IMG/VR virus record: IMGVR_UViG_3300030380_002089
Span: 1-53,028 of that record
Length of the DNA: 53,028 nucleotides
DNA from: a virus
Taxonomy: Duplodnaviria > Caudoviricetes
Strand: one strand, 5' to 3'
Shown here piece after piece: positions 35,103 through 44,980 of this stretch. A program made the position numbers and the translations under genes. The notes under the pieces were generated by a model that saw only the letters and a list, made by a program, of their open reading frames with translations, did not search any database and was not told where the DNA came from. Position 1 is the first letter of the stretch. Each line of letters starts with the position of its first letter.

Positions 35103-36695
35103 ATGCCAGTAGTATTTTCACCCGGAGAACCAGAGACTCGACCTCTTGACCCCGATGCAATTGTATATACCAGCGCTCAGAAAGTTGCTGATATACTAGG
35201 GATAGGGCCAAGTGAAGCAGTGTTGATGGCTGCTAACGCAGAAGCAAACGCAGTGTTTGTTACAGGTGGAGACTACAGAAACACTGGATTTTCAGTTGGA
35301 GATACAATACTTATCTATAGTGACGCTGACCCTTTAGGGCAAGAACATGCGATTACTGGAATTACAACATCTGCTAGTGGTGTAAAATTGGCATTCTCAG
35401 CGTCTATAAATCCCGGTCTTTATGAAACAGCAGACAATGCTTATGTCCAAAATACTGCGTCATTTACTAATGGTAAAACTCGTGGAATGACAAGAGCGAT
35501 TGTAGAACACAGAATCAAAGAGGTCCAAGACCGTATAGATAACTATACTCATAATGCTTGGAGACCTTATCTAGCCTCAGCCGAATACATCAACTTCGAT
35601 ACTTACAAACCTTACAGGCGTAGATACTTTACAGATTATGTAGGAACTGCACCTTTGTTGTTTAGGAATGTTCAACAAATGTTGAGGATTGAATTATGGC
35701 AAGGTGACGACTATAGAGAGATATGTGGAGCAGAGGCTCGTATAACATTACCTGATGATGTTAGAGCACTTGTTGGTAAGTCAATAGTCTTATCACCGGG
35801 TAATGGTAGCGCTAGTGTTTTAACTGCTGGGTCGCTAGGTACTTCCACTAGTTCTCAATGGTCTGTAGATTTTGATAGGACAACTAGCGCACAAAACCTT
35901 GCTGATTTGATTAACAAAGAAGATAGAGTAAGTAAGGCTGCTGTAGAGTTTAGTCCAACATTTACCTTGGAAGGTTCTACATCTAATGTGGCAGTTCATA
36001 ATGAGTTTCTTGCTTCGGCCAATGCTGATTATGGCACTGGGAAATTAAAAGTCACAAGTATGAGAGCAACTAAGGCTGGTGAGGTTTGTAGCATAGTTAC
36101 TACATCAAGTGATATAGGACTCTCACAAACCAGTTCATCTAGTTCTACTATATCAAGTAAAAGCGGAGACTTTGGTAGCGATGCTACGGGCGAAGTAACT
36201 GTAGGTAGCACCGCTGGTTTTGCTAAAGCGGGTGTATTTACAGACGGCACTAATGTTGTAAGATATACTGGCGTGACTGCTACAACATTTACTGGGTGTG
36301 CTGAAATAATAGGTACGGCACCATCCAGTGGAACTGCTACTCAACACTTGCTTCAACTCGATTTACAGGGAGGCTCTACTGCTGGTGACAACGCTAGACT
36401 TAGAGATTGGTGGCTAGACCATGAAATGGGCATAGTTTACTTCAATAATTCATATCCTTTCTTTGAACATAACGCTATCAAAGTATCTTACATCTACGGT
36501 GAAAGGTATCTTGAAAAAGCAATAGAAGAGGCTGCTACTAAGATGGTAGCAAGTGAGTTACTAATGTCGGATGATAGGAGCGTCTTGATACCAGAGGGTG
36601 GACAGAATATAGATTTAGGTTCCAAAGCCCAACTGTGGCGTAAAGAAAGTATGGAAATTTTAAGCCGCTATAAAGAAGTGGTGGTGTTTTCCTAA
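35103..36695 (+). CDS. Head-tail adaptor/neck protein with beta-rich insertions
   Basis: YTSAQKVADILG, IKEVQDRIDNYT and IKVSYIYG...IEEAATKMVA...EILSRYK fit an adaptor-like core. The position also fits. Confidence 0.6.
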   Translation: MPVVFSPGEPETRPLDPDAIVYTSAQKVADILGIGPSEAVLMAANAEANAVFVTGGDYRNTGFSVGDTILIYSDADPLGQEHAITGITTSASGVKLAFSASINPGLYETADNAYVQNTASFTNGKTRGMTRAIVEHRIKEVQDRIDNYTHNAWRPYLASAEYINFDTYKPYRRRYFTDYVGTAPLLFRNVQQMLRIELWQGDDYREICGAEARITLPDDVRALVGKSIVLSPGNGSASVLTAGSLGTSTSSQWSVDFDRTTSAQNLADLINKEDRVSKAAVEFSPTFTLEGSTSNVAVHNEFLASANADYGTGKLKVTSMRATKAGEVCSIVTTSSDIGLSQTSSSSSTISSKSGDFGSDATGEVTVGSTAGFAKAGVFTDGTNVVRYTGVTATTFTGCAEIIGTAPSSGTATQHLLQLDLQGGSTAGDNARLRDWWLDHEMGIVYFNNSYPFFEHNAIKVSYIYGERYLEKAIEEAATKMVASELLMSDDRSVLIPEGGQNIDLGSKAQLWRKESMEILSRYKEVVVFS

Positions 36696-37168
36696 TGGTC
36701 GCTACATGGAAAGAGCCATTGGAAACAGTCATTGACTTACTCAAGGCTAACTTCAACGCTAGTGATTCTACTGGTTGGAACAGAGCCAATACAGATAATA
36801 TAAAGCCTATAGTTTTAGATATAGCGAGCGAAGGCCCTGAGCGTGGTAAGCGTTTAGATTTACAGAGAAGTGATTTCATTCTTTGTTACGAAACTGCGCT
36901 CAATGAAGAAGTGCCAGATTTACTTTACAATTTTGTAACTACTCGTGTCAACATCACCGTTGATATGAGAACTTCAAGAAGTCGCTCTCGACTAAGAAAG
37001 ATGGAAGATGAAATGAGGAGAGTCATTCATGTAAGTCGTAAAGGTGACGGGGAAAACTTTGACCGTATGATTGTCAAGACTCGTACAGATTTATCTGACC
37101 GAACTAAAAAGTTATTTAGGCATACATTCCAAATAGAAGTAGTAATACTAGCGGAGATGATACCGTGA
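36695..37168 (+). CDS. Putative tail terminator/completion protein
   Basis: 157 aa, between adaptor and tail tube, with an alpha/beta pattern ending FRHTFQIEVV. Confidence 0.55.
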   Translation: MVATWKEPLETVIDLLKANFNASDSTGWNRANTDNIKPIVLDIASEGPERGKRLDLQRSDFILCYETALNEEVPDLLYNFVTTRVNITVDMRTSRSRSRLRKMEDEMRRVIHVSRKGDGENFDRMIVKTRTDLSDRTKKLFRHTFQIEVVILAEMIP

Positions 37169-39219
37169 CTGGCTTTGGTGCTCACTATAAGGGAGATGTT
37201 TCAGAGGTCGTTATGGGTCACGAAACTAGCCTTTTCATAGAGCATGGTGAGCCTAGAACATGGACCGCAGTTACTAGTACTTCTGCTCCAGATTTTACAG
37301 AAATACAGTTTAAAGGTACTACTAATATTGGTAACAGTAGCAGTATCTTTGAACAACAAAAGCCTATACTAAAAGTGCCGCTTGGTATGCTTATAGGTCA
37401 AAAACTATCTTTCCACTCATCAGCGTCTGGACAAAATAATTTTTCTTCTTATTACTACACAGATGTAAAGAGCAGGTTGTATACTATCGTAGACCACACG
37501 CTAGATAGTGACTCTACTAAAATAAAAATCGTACCTGCACTTTTGTCACCTTTACAGGCTTCGCTAGATAGTGGAACAGGTGACAGTATTCTCATTCATT
37601 CGACTGGTTTACCTACAGTCCAAGGAGATGCGAATAGTGCCATGAATGCAGCAGCAGCGTCTTCCAAAGAAGTTAGTTTAGTCGACGGGTTCATAGGACT
37701 TGCTTCATTTATGACATTACCTGATACTAAGGTAGATTTGCATAGTTATCATGTTGTAGGTTTGGGTAGACAAGTAGCCGTTCAGCAAACAGGAAAAGTC
37801 CATCACATGGGCGGTTCTATAGAGATGCCACTACATAGCCCTAAGTGGTTATTCTATAGTTTAGGAAGAGAGGTTGTAGACCAAACATCATGCGGTACTG
37901 CCAGTTCAGGTTCAGCAGTGAATCCATCAAAAACTATTCATCCGGGCCAAGGTTATGTAGATGTAAGCACACTTACAATAAAGGGTGCTACCGCAGCAGT
38001 AGGTGATTACTTACTTATCAAAGACACCACTTTAGTTCCTACTACAACATACAAAACTCCAGAAAGCGGAGCGAGTAGTAATATCTATTGGCCCCCTGCT
38101 CAAGGTGCTGGTTTAACTTCCGATGCTCATCATTTTGAGTGGGCTGAAAGTAGCGAGTGTAGAAGAATAAGTGCTATAGAAACTTTATCCAGCGGTCATA
38201 GAATATATGTCGATGGAGGCTGGCAATTTGAGCATACTACTAGTGATAATATAGAATTAAGAAAATATGCTGATGGAAGCACTGATGGTAATTTTGGTAG
38301 CCCGCATGTAGAAAGCACTCGTAAGATTACAAATCCTGTTAGAAGACTTTTATTTTCAGGGGAAACAGTTCCTAGTTTCTCGATGGAACATAGCATAAGA
38401 ACAAGAGATTTAGGCTCGTTTAACGATGTTAATGAAACGACAGTAGCGCCCGGCTCTGCCGGTGATACTAAGCAGTTGACAAGAGTATTCAAAGGTTGTA
38501 AAATAGTTGAATATGAATTGACTAGTACGGTAGATGCTGAATTGAAATATCGTGCAGTATTCGATGCATTGTCTTGCTTTACTGATACTGGTCGCCTTGA
38601 AAGTGCTAACAAAGGTGACAGATACACTGCCCACAGAATGTTTCAAAATACAGCCAATACTCTCAAGGGTAAGAAAGCATCTGGTATAGCAAAAGGTTCA
38701 GAAAAGCCTTTCATGTTTTACAACGGTAGCATTACAGCATTCGACCAAAATTTAGGATTTGTTAGTGCGTTTGAACTGAAAGGTAAAACTGGTGTAGAGG
38801 TATTCCATACTATCCAAAGTAATCCTGTTGCTGAAACAGTAAACTCAGATAATCTGAGCACTAAACAAGTTCCTTATGGGGGCACTCGTAACGCTAGTAT
38901 TATCCGTGAAGGTAAAGAAAACTTTGACATGGAAATTACACTTGCTTTAGAAGACTCTGCTCTTTATCACGAGTTGAGAACCCATGTGCAGAGAGGAGGC
39001 ACAGTTGGCTCTACAGGGGGCACTATCATGCTTCACTTTACCAAGCCTGTAACATCTGGCTCTGGCACTACGCCCAGTCTAAGGATAATTATAGACGATT
39101 ACTTCATAACTGACTTAGCAATACCCGTACCTGACGACAAGGGGCTACTGTTCACAACTATGAAAATTAAGCCACAGAATGTCAAAGTTATTAGCGAAGA
39201 TACCATTTACCATTGTTGA
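37165..39219 (+). CDS. Putative major tail (tube) protein with inserted domains
   Basis: Position in the tail module; PSFSMEH...TRVFKGCKIVEYELT and REGKENFDMEITL tube-like motifs. At 684 aa it is larger than a plain tube protein. Confidence 0.6.
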   Translation: MTGFGAHYKGDVSEVVMGHETSLFIEHGEPRTWTAVTSTSAPDFTEIQFKGTTNIGNSSSIFEQQKPILKVPLGMLIGQKLSFHSSASGQNNFSSYYYTDVKSRLYTIVDHTLDSDSTKIKIVPALLSPLQASLDSGTGDSILIHSTGLPTVQGDANSAMNAAAASSKEVSLVDGFIGLASFMTLPDTKVDLHSYHVVGLGRQVAVQQTGKVHHMGGSIEMPLHSPKWLFYSLGREVVDQTSCGTASSGSAVNPSKTIHPGQGYVDVSTLTIKGATAAVGDYLLIKDTTLVPTTTYKTPESGASSNIYWPPAQGAGLTSDAHHFEWAESSECRRISAIETLSSGHRIYVDGGWQFEHTTSDNIELRKYADGSTDGNFGSPHVESTRKITNPVRRLLFSGETVPSFSMEHSIRTRDLGSFNDVNETTVAPGSAGDTKQLTRVFKGCKIVEYELTSTVDAELKYRAVFDALSCFTDTGRLESANKGDRYTAHRMFQNTANTLKGKKASGIAKGSEKPFMFYNGSITAFDQNLGFVSAFELKGKTGVEVFHTIQSNPVAETVNSDNLSTKQVPYGGTRNASIIREGKENFDMEITLALEDSALYHELRTHVQRGGTVGSTGGTIMLHFTKPVTSGSGTTPSLRIIIDDYFITDLAIPVPDDKGLLFTTMKIKPQNVKVISEDTIYHC

Positions 39220-39228
39220 GGAGATAAT

Positions 39229-39450
39229 ATGCCGTTGAGAAATTGGAGGTCACTAAATCCATTTGGCAAGCGAATTATTGTCGATTTACAAGAAGATGAA
39301 GAAGAAGAGGGAGGAGACAACCTTTTCGACCCGGAAGCAGGGAGAGCCAGTGATAACCCATTCGCTCACCTGCACACGGAGGATGAACCCTTGGAAGAGG
39401 CATCATCCGATGAGGAAGTGAGTAAGTATGTCACAGGAGAACAAGAATAA
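39229..39450 (+). CDS. Small acidic protein
   Basis: 73 aa, E/D-rich, with GAGGAG SD. Confidence 0.6.
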   Translation: MPLRNWRSLNPFGKRIIVDLQEDEEEEGGDNLFDPEAGRASDNPFAHLHTEDEPLEEASSDEEVSKYVTGEQE

Positions 39451-39763
39451 AATAACGATAAACAAGAAACCAATTGAAGTCACAAAGCGGCGATTAACTT
39501 TTTACAATATACAACAAGTTGCACCCTTAATGACTCATGGTAGTCTTGACTTTTCTGATTACTGGCGACATGCATTTTCACATTGGCTCAGTTATACTGA
39601 CCCTGATGGTCGCTCTATAGAAATTGACATAGAGGGCTTATCTCCAGAAGATGGACAGACTCTAGCCAATCTATTACCTAATCCAAATCAGATTATGGAA
39701 TGGCTAGTTTTTCGGGAAGCGAAGTCGGACAAATCAAGCACTTCATTAACGGGAGGCCAGTGA
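39428..39763 (+). CDS. Putative tail assembly chaperone
   Basis: Lies after the tube gene and overlaps a -1-frame ORF. Confidence 0.5.
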   Translation: MSQENKNKITINKKPIEVTKRRLTFYNIQQVAPLMTHGSLDFSDYWRHAFSHWLSYTDPDGRSIEIDIEGLSPEDGQTLANLLPNPNQIMEWLVFREAKSDKSSTSLTGGQ

Positions 39764-39975
39764 GTGAACGACTTCGCTATCAGGAACAAGCCATGGAATA
39801 TTTATTAATGACACACTACAATATGAGTTTAAAGGATGTGAGAGAATTGGGAATTGACGACGCTAAGCAACTTCTTTACTGGGCACAGGCTATGCAAGGT
39901 GAAGAGAAGGCTGCTGAAAACGCAGTTTATTTGGGCTATGACATATTGGCTAGACTGGAGGGAGATGAATGGTAG
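39760..39975 (+). CDS. Putative second tail assembly chaperone (own GTG start, or a -1 frameshift extension)
   Basis: The frame is open from 39700. GTG 39760 has a GGGAGG SD. YNMSLKDVRELG resembles gpT-like chaperones. Confidence 0.5.
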   Translation: MSERLRYQEQAMEYLLMTHYNMSLKDVRELGIDDAKQLLYWAQAMQGEEKAAENAVYLGYDILARLEGDEW

Positions 39976-40379
39976 ATGAGCACATAGACCCAAGAACTGT
40001 AGAGTCTATGAAAAACTTTAGCGAGTACAGTAAATCTGCTAAAGAAAACATGCAGGTTTTGCAGCAACAAATGGACAAATTCACTAAGTCAATGGCAATG
40101 ACCAAATCGAATACAGTTGACCTTACTAAGTCTTTGAAAGACATGAGTAATACACAACCTATGCAACAGGCTACAGGCGAAGGAGTAGCACCTACCCCTG
40201 CGGGTGGAGCAAGTCAACAAAACAATGTAACTGTTAATCTAAAGATTGATGTTAGCGGAGTCACTGACAAGACTGACAAAAAAGCATTGGCTAAAGAAAT
40301 CAGCGCTATGATAACAAAGGAACTCAAGTCTAAGATAGGCGGCTCTTTGACACAAAGCGGATTTAGTAGGAGTGGTTGA
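39969..40379 (+). CDS. Very short tape-measure-like protein
   Basis: Occupies the tape-measure position. Helical N-terminus and a NNVTVNLKIDVSG...ALAKEISAMI C-terminus of the kind seen at tape-measure ends. Confidence 0.45.
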   Translation: MVDEHIDPRTVESMKNFSEYSKSAKENMQVLQQQMDKFTKSMAMTKSNTVDLTKSLKDMSNTQPMQQATGEGVAPTPAGGASQQNNVTVNLKIDVSGVTDKTDKKALAKEISAMITKELKSKIGGSLTQSGFSRSG

Positions 40380-42939
40380 TTTGGCTGACGCTGGAGAGAA
40401 AATGCCTATTCGCCTTGTTCAAGAAAACGGCGAAACTATTTCTCTTGATGCAACCAGCGTAGACATAGTAGTAGAAAGACAGGTCAGTAACTTTGGAATA
40501 CCTTTCTTCGATGCTAAGAAAATGGGTATAGATTTAAACCAAGCATCTGTATCAGTTGAAGTTCAAGGGGTCTTGACTGACGAGTTAGGACAAGAAGAAT
40601 CTAAGCAGTCAGTAGCCATCATGGACTTTTATCAACCACAACAACTCATTACTGCAAAACCGGGTAGTGGTAAGGGTGGAGGAAGTAACAGCGAATACGC
40701 TAGTGCGTATAACTCTAAAGGTAATGCGAGTAATCAAACCGAAGAAGGTCTAAGTGAAAGAGACAATAAAGGTAATTCTAGTGGAGGAGGGACTAGTAGA
40801 GGTAAGCCTGTGTTTCAATTAAGGCCATTATCAGCAGGTGCGTTAAACGATTGGCAGAATAGATGGATAGACTTTCCCGTTGCTTATTGGGTAGAGCAAA
40901 ACGCTGTACTTGATAACCCAATGAAAACCAATTTACAACTTTGGTTGAAAGGTGAAAATTACTCTGATGGTACTTGGACAGACTCTAGTGGATTCTCTAG
41001 GAATGCTACTCAGACCAACTCTGCTAACAAGCCTTCAATTAGAGAGCATGGTATAAACGGACAGACTGGTATATTTTTTGCCGGAGATGATTTTTTAGAG
41101 GTTTCATTTGATTCAGCACTTAATAGTAACGAGTTCACTGTATTTGTGGTGGCTAGAGCCACCGCTACGGGCGATAAACCAATACTGGATTCTGTCACAA
41201 ATGGTTATGGACTTTCTTTGGATGTACAGACTAACACTGCCAATTCTGATTTTACTGCTAAGTGGGTAGATACAGGAGGGGCGGATAGTAAAAATTCTTC
41301 TCCGTTTAAAATAGAACTAGCAAGATATGAAGGTGCCATATTAGGATATACTATGGAAGATACTGATTCTAATAACACATCTGATAAAGTAAGTATATTC
41401 TTCAATGGGGCAGGGGTAGGTACTGAAACCTCTGGAGTGGATTACACAGGGGCTTCTAGTGGCAATTTGAGAATAGGTTATGACGGCAGCAGTTATTTTA
41501 CTGGTGATATATACGAAGTTCTTATCTATAACTCTGTTTTATCTGATAGTGATAGACAAAATGTAGAGGGCTATTTGGCTAGAAAATACAATATCAATTT
41601 GATAATGGGTAAATACCGAGGCACAGGTTCTTATTCTTACCAGAATGAAAATGTTAGAGTGGCCTTTGACAAGCAGATGATAGGTACCAAACAGGAGCCT
41701 TATGGCTTCCTCAACGAAAGAAGAGTGGCTACATTTGCTGATGGTAACAGTTTGAGGATAAATCAAGGCACCCCTCCCATTACTAGCGGTTCTACTATTA
41801 CAGTTGATGGAGGAGATGCTAGAGATTGGTTTGAATTAACAAATAGACCTTACAAAATTACATTCAGTCCAAGTGCTTCTGGCTCACCTGCAAGGCAGAC
41901 AAGTGGAGATAAAGATTACCATGCAGTAGTAACAGCAGTCACTCAAAACTCAATCACTGTTAACTTTAGTGAAACGGGTGGACAACATGCTGATAACGAT
42001 TACATAGTGATTGAGCCTATAGATTATGGAGAGGCTAGTTTACAAAGCAATGATTTATCACCTGTAATTATAGTCCCTATATCTAACGCTGATACATACA
42101 TAAAAGGCTCAACCTCAGAGGAAGCCATAGGACCAGACCATCCTGATTTTACAGACACTAGTGTAAGAACTTCCGCCGACCACGGCGCTGACATTACAAG
42201 GACAGACGAATACATAGCATTCCTAGTGTCAAAGGCACTTACTGCTACTTACATTCAGTTAGGAAGAGATATTGATGCTTCTAATACAACTCCTACAATG
42301 GACAAAGTTTTCACTACTAGTATATCTGAATCTTATCATGGACACGATGCTCGACTAACAATTACTCAGGTATATGCTACTTCTTTGGGAGGAATGGATG
42401 GTACAATCGACACTAATCTAGGGGTCGGACAAATGCCTGTTATACAAGGATTCTCTGGAGGTAAAACAGGTAAACAAGTAAAGAGTGGTGGTGACAAAGC
42501 ACAGGACTTGTTAGGTATACTTGCTAACAGCAATAACTTCCTTGGTAATCCTAATAGTAAATCAGATAAAATAGATGCGTTGATAGATATGACTGTTGGC
42601 TTTGTTCAACAAACTGTTTACAATGACACTAATGCTCAAGGAGATTACATAAGAGGTATTCAAATACCTTACAATACACTGGCTACCAAAGGAAAAGATA
42701 CCCTTGACACAGAGGTAGCACAGAGAAACTTTTTCCTAACTACAACAAACTCTCGTACTTCCGATAAAATATCTAGTGCTAATGATATACACGCTAGTCG
42801 TGACTTTTTACATTCCTCAGAAGGGCATGAAAAGAATGGCATCAGCGGATTGGTTGCTGACTTTAATGTTCATCGAGATGCAGAAATGAAGGCTTATGAG
42901 TTTAGTTTAGTATTTGTAGCGGCGGATATAATTTTGTGA
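40372..42939 (+). CDS. Tail-tip/distal-tail protein with a LamG/concanavalin-like insertion
   Basis: LQLWLKG...WTDSSG..RNATQ...FTVFVV...FTGDIYEVLIYNSVLS LamG pattern. The termini are shared with the next gene. Confidence 0.65.
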   Translation: MVDLADAGEKMPIRLVQENGETISLDATSVDIVVERQVSNFGIPFFDAKKMGIDLNQASVSVEVQGVLTDELGQEESKQSVAIMDFYQPQQLITAKPGSGKGGGSNSEYASAYNSKGNASNQTEEGLSERDNKGNSSGGGTSRGKPVFQLRPLSAGALNDWQNRWIDFPVAYWVEQNAVLDNPMKTNLQLWLKGENYSDGTWTDSSGFSRNATQTNSANKPSIREHGINGQTGIFFAGDDFLEVSFDSALNSNEFTVFVVARATATGDKPILDSVTNGYGLSLDVQTNTANSDFTAKWVDTGGADSKNSSPFKIELARYEGAILGYTMEDTDSNNTSDKVSIFFNGAGVGTETSGVDYTGASSGNLRIGYDGSSYFTGDIYEVLIYNSVLSDSDRQNVEGYLARKYNINLIMGKYRGTGSYSYQNENVRVAFDKQMIGTKQEPYGFLNERRVATFADGNSLRINQGTPPITSGSTITVDGGDARDWFELTNRPYKITFSPSASGSPARQTSGDKDYHAVVTAVTQNSITVNFSETGGQHADNDYIVIEPIDYGEASLQSNDLSPVIIVPISNADTYIKGSTSEEAIGPDHPDFTDTSVRTSADHGADITRTDEYIAFLVSKALTATYIQLGRDIDASNTTPTMDKVFTTSISESYHGHDARLTITQVYATSLGGMDGTIDTNLGVGQMPVIQGFSGGKTGKQVKSGGDKAQDLLGILANSNNFLGNPNSKSDKIDALIDMTVGFVQQTVYNDTNAQGDYIRGIQIPYNTLATKGKDTLDTEVAQRNFFLTTTNSRTSDKISSANDIHASRDFLHSSEGHEKNGISGLVADFNVHRDAEMKAYEFSLVFVAADIIL

Positions 42940-42948
42940 GATGATATA

Positions 42949-44979
42949 ATGGCTTTACCAATCAGACTTTTGCTTGCTAATGGCAAGGATGAGATAGACT
43001 TGGTAGCGCAGAGCATAGATATGTCGGTCAATAGGAATGTTAGCGCTTTCCCTACGCCTAATAATGCTTTGAAAAGATTCGCAGTTGATACAAATGTACC
43101 TGCAATAAAGGTTGATATTAACGGTATATTTGCAGACGATGAAGGAGTAAATACAGATAGTACAGTAAATCTTGACTCAAATCCCATGAGGAGTGCGATA
43201 AACTTTGGGGGATTGTTACCTACTAAGCGTAATGATTTTACATCCGCAAGATATGTTAGTGGTTCAGGAACTGGAGATATTTTAGTTACTACCTGTACTA
43301 CAGCAGGTGTTTATTCCGATGATTTTTATTCAGAATCTACCTTTTTCAAAAATCAAACTAACACTTTAAACTTAGTAGGTGCAGTAGGGACAATATATGA
43401 AGAGGCTAGTGAAGATACAGAAGAAATAAATGTAAAGCCATTTACTAATTTCAAATCAGCGAGTAATTTTTCCGGCGTTAATCAAATAACCGTCTCTTAT
43501 GTTCCAACATTTTTAACTAAAACGGCAGAAGATTTAATAGAAGTAGGTGAAAGATTAGTAAAAGAAGATGGTTCTTTACTTGGTATCGTAAGTTCTGTTT
43601 CTAGCAACACTATTAATTTTGTAAGTAATATAGCAACCAGTCTATCTACCAATGACCGAATACATATTTCGCTAAGAGTATTTAACCACATTGGGGAAGA
43701 AATTGGCTTTGCAGACTACTTAGTTGACGACCCATCAATAGAAGACGATGATGGGCAGACTGCTAAATTTACATTAGGACTGACTGATACTAACAGTGCT
43801 GAAATAAAATCGGGTCAACTAATTACTATAAATAGACAATCACCAATTATTGGGAGATTTAGAAACCAAACTATAAAATTAATACCGAGTTATTGGTTGG
43901 AAAATACTGCTCGTCGAAATTTAACTAGAGATAGTTCTATGGAAAACAACCTTAATGCTAATGGCTCCACTAATTCTGGTGGCACAGGTAATATACCTAG
44001 GGTAGGGGTAAGACTACATTTTGATTTAAACAATCCGTACACTAATGCCCCCTCTTTAAAAAGAACAGGATTAATTGCTCCTTCTACTCCTAATTTACCT
44101 GCATTTGGCGATGCTGCTAATTATGATGCAGTTATCAATGTCCCAATTCAGGATATAGACACCGCTGATAACCCTGCTTTAGAAATGGCTAAACAAGTAG
44201 AAAAGGCATTTGGAGGAACTGAAAGTCCACCAATAACTGGTAATATAATAAGTGCAACAGGCGCTATAGGATTTAATCCGGCGGGCGACAGAACTTTAGC
44301 GTCTGCATTTAGAGTAATTAGAACAGGTACAGTTGTGACAATCGAGCAAGTATACAACCCTGCCATAGAAACTCTGCATCCACAAATACTTAGTCCAGAT
44401 TTGTTAGATTTGTTTGGCTCTGTTGAGTTTCATAGCAGTAACACTACGCCTACCCAATCAAGAAAATCAGCAGGTGATAAAGCACAGGATTTGATTGGTT
44501 TGGTTTCAAACGCTAATAGAAATTCAGATTTGCTCAGAGGTGTACAGATACCATATGATAGTCTAGTGACTAGCACAGGTGTGACAGGTATAGCAAGAAA
44601 CTTCTTTTTGACATTTGGTGAAGTCGATACCACTAAAAAGTTGTCAACTAACAATAACCGTTCTGCAAGCCAAAGCATGTCAGACTTGCTACTAGGCATG
44701 GATGAAGGAGGGGCTAGTAGTGACGATAGTCCTGATAAATGGTATGAAAAAATTCTCAAGGCAATAACGCCTGATGAGATTGAATCTATATTTGGTTTCT
44801 TAGTAGGTGCTGCAAAAGATGCTCTTTGGATAACTCTTAGCCAGCGTGGTAAAGTATCAGAAAATGATGGCGGAATTAGAATTATTCCAGAAAAACTTCA
44901 TGTGCGTTATGATGCTGGCAACAACTACTACGCTTTCAACTTAGAGTTAATGGTTTCAGATTATGTAATGGGTGTTTGA
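42949..44979 (+). CDS. Tail-tip protein, paralog of 40372..42939
   Basis: Shared PIRL N-terminus and KSAGDKAQDL...RGVQIPY...RNFFLT C-terminal block. Confidence 0.65.
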   Translation: MALPIRLLLANGKDEIDLVAQSIDMSVNRNVSAFPTPNNALKRFAVDTNVPAIKVDINGIFADDEGVNTDSTVNLDSNPMRSAINFGGLLPTKRNDFTSARYVSGSGTGDILVTTCTTAGVYSDDFYSESTFFKNQTNTLNLVGAVGTIYEEASEDTEEINVKPFTNFKSASNFSGVNQITVSYVPTFLTKTAEDLIEVGERLVKEDGSLLGIVSSVSSNTINFVSNIATSLSTNDRIHISLRVFNHIGEEIGFADYLVDDPSIEDDDGQTAKFTLGLTDTNSAEIKSGQLITINRQSPIIGRFRNQTIKLIPSYWLENTARRNLTRDSSMENNLNANGSTNSGGTGNIPRVGVRLHFDLNNPYTNAPSLKRTGLIAPSTPNLPAFGDAANYDAVINVPIQDIDTADNPALEMAKQVEKAFGGTESPPITGNIISATGAIGFNPAGDRTLASAFRVIRTGTVVTIEQVYNPAIETLHPQILSPDLLDLFGSVEFHSSNTTPTQSRKSAGDKAQDLIGLVSNANRNSDLLRGVQIPYDSLVTSTGVTGIARNFFLTFGEVDTTKKLSTNNNRSASQSMSDLLLGMDEGGASSDDSPDKWYEKILKAITPDEIESIFGFLVGAAKDALWITLSQRGKVSENDGGIRIIPEKLHVRYDAGNNYYAFNLELMVSDYVMGV

Positions 44980-44980
44980 T

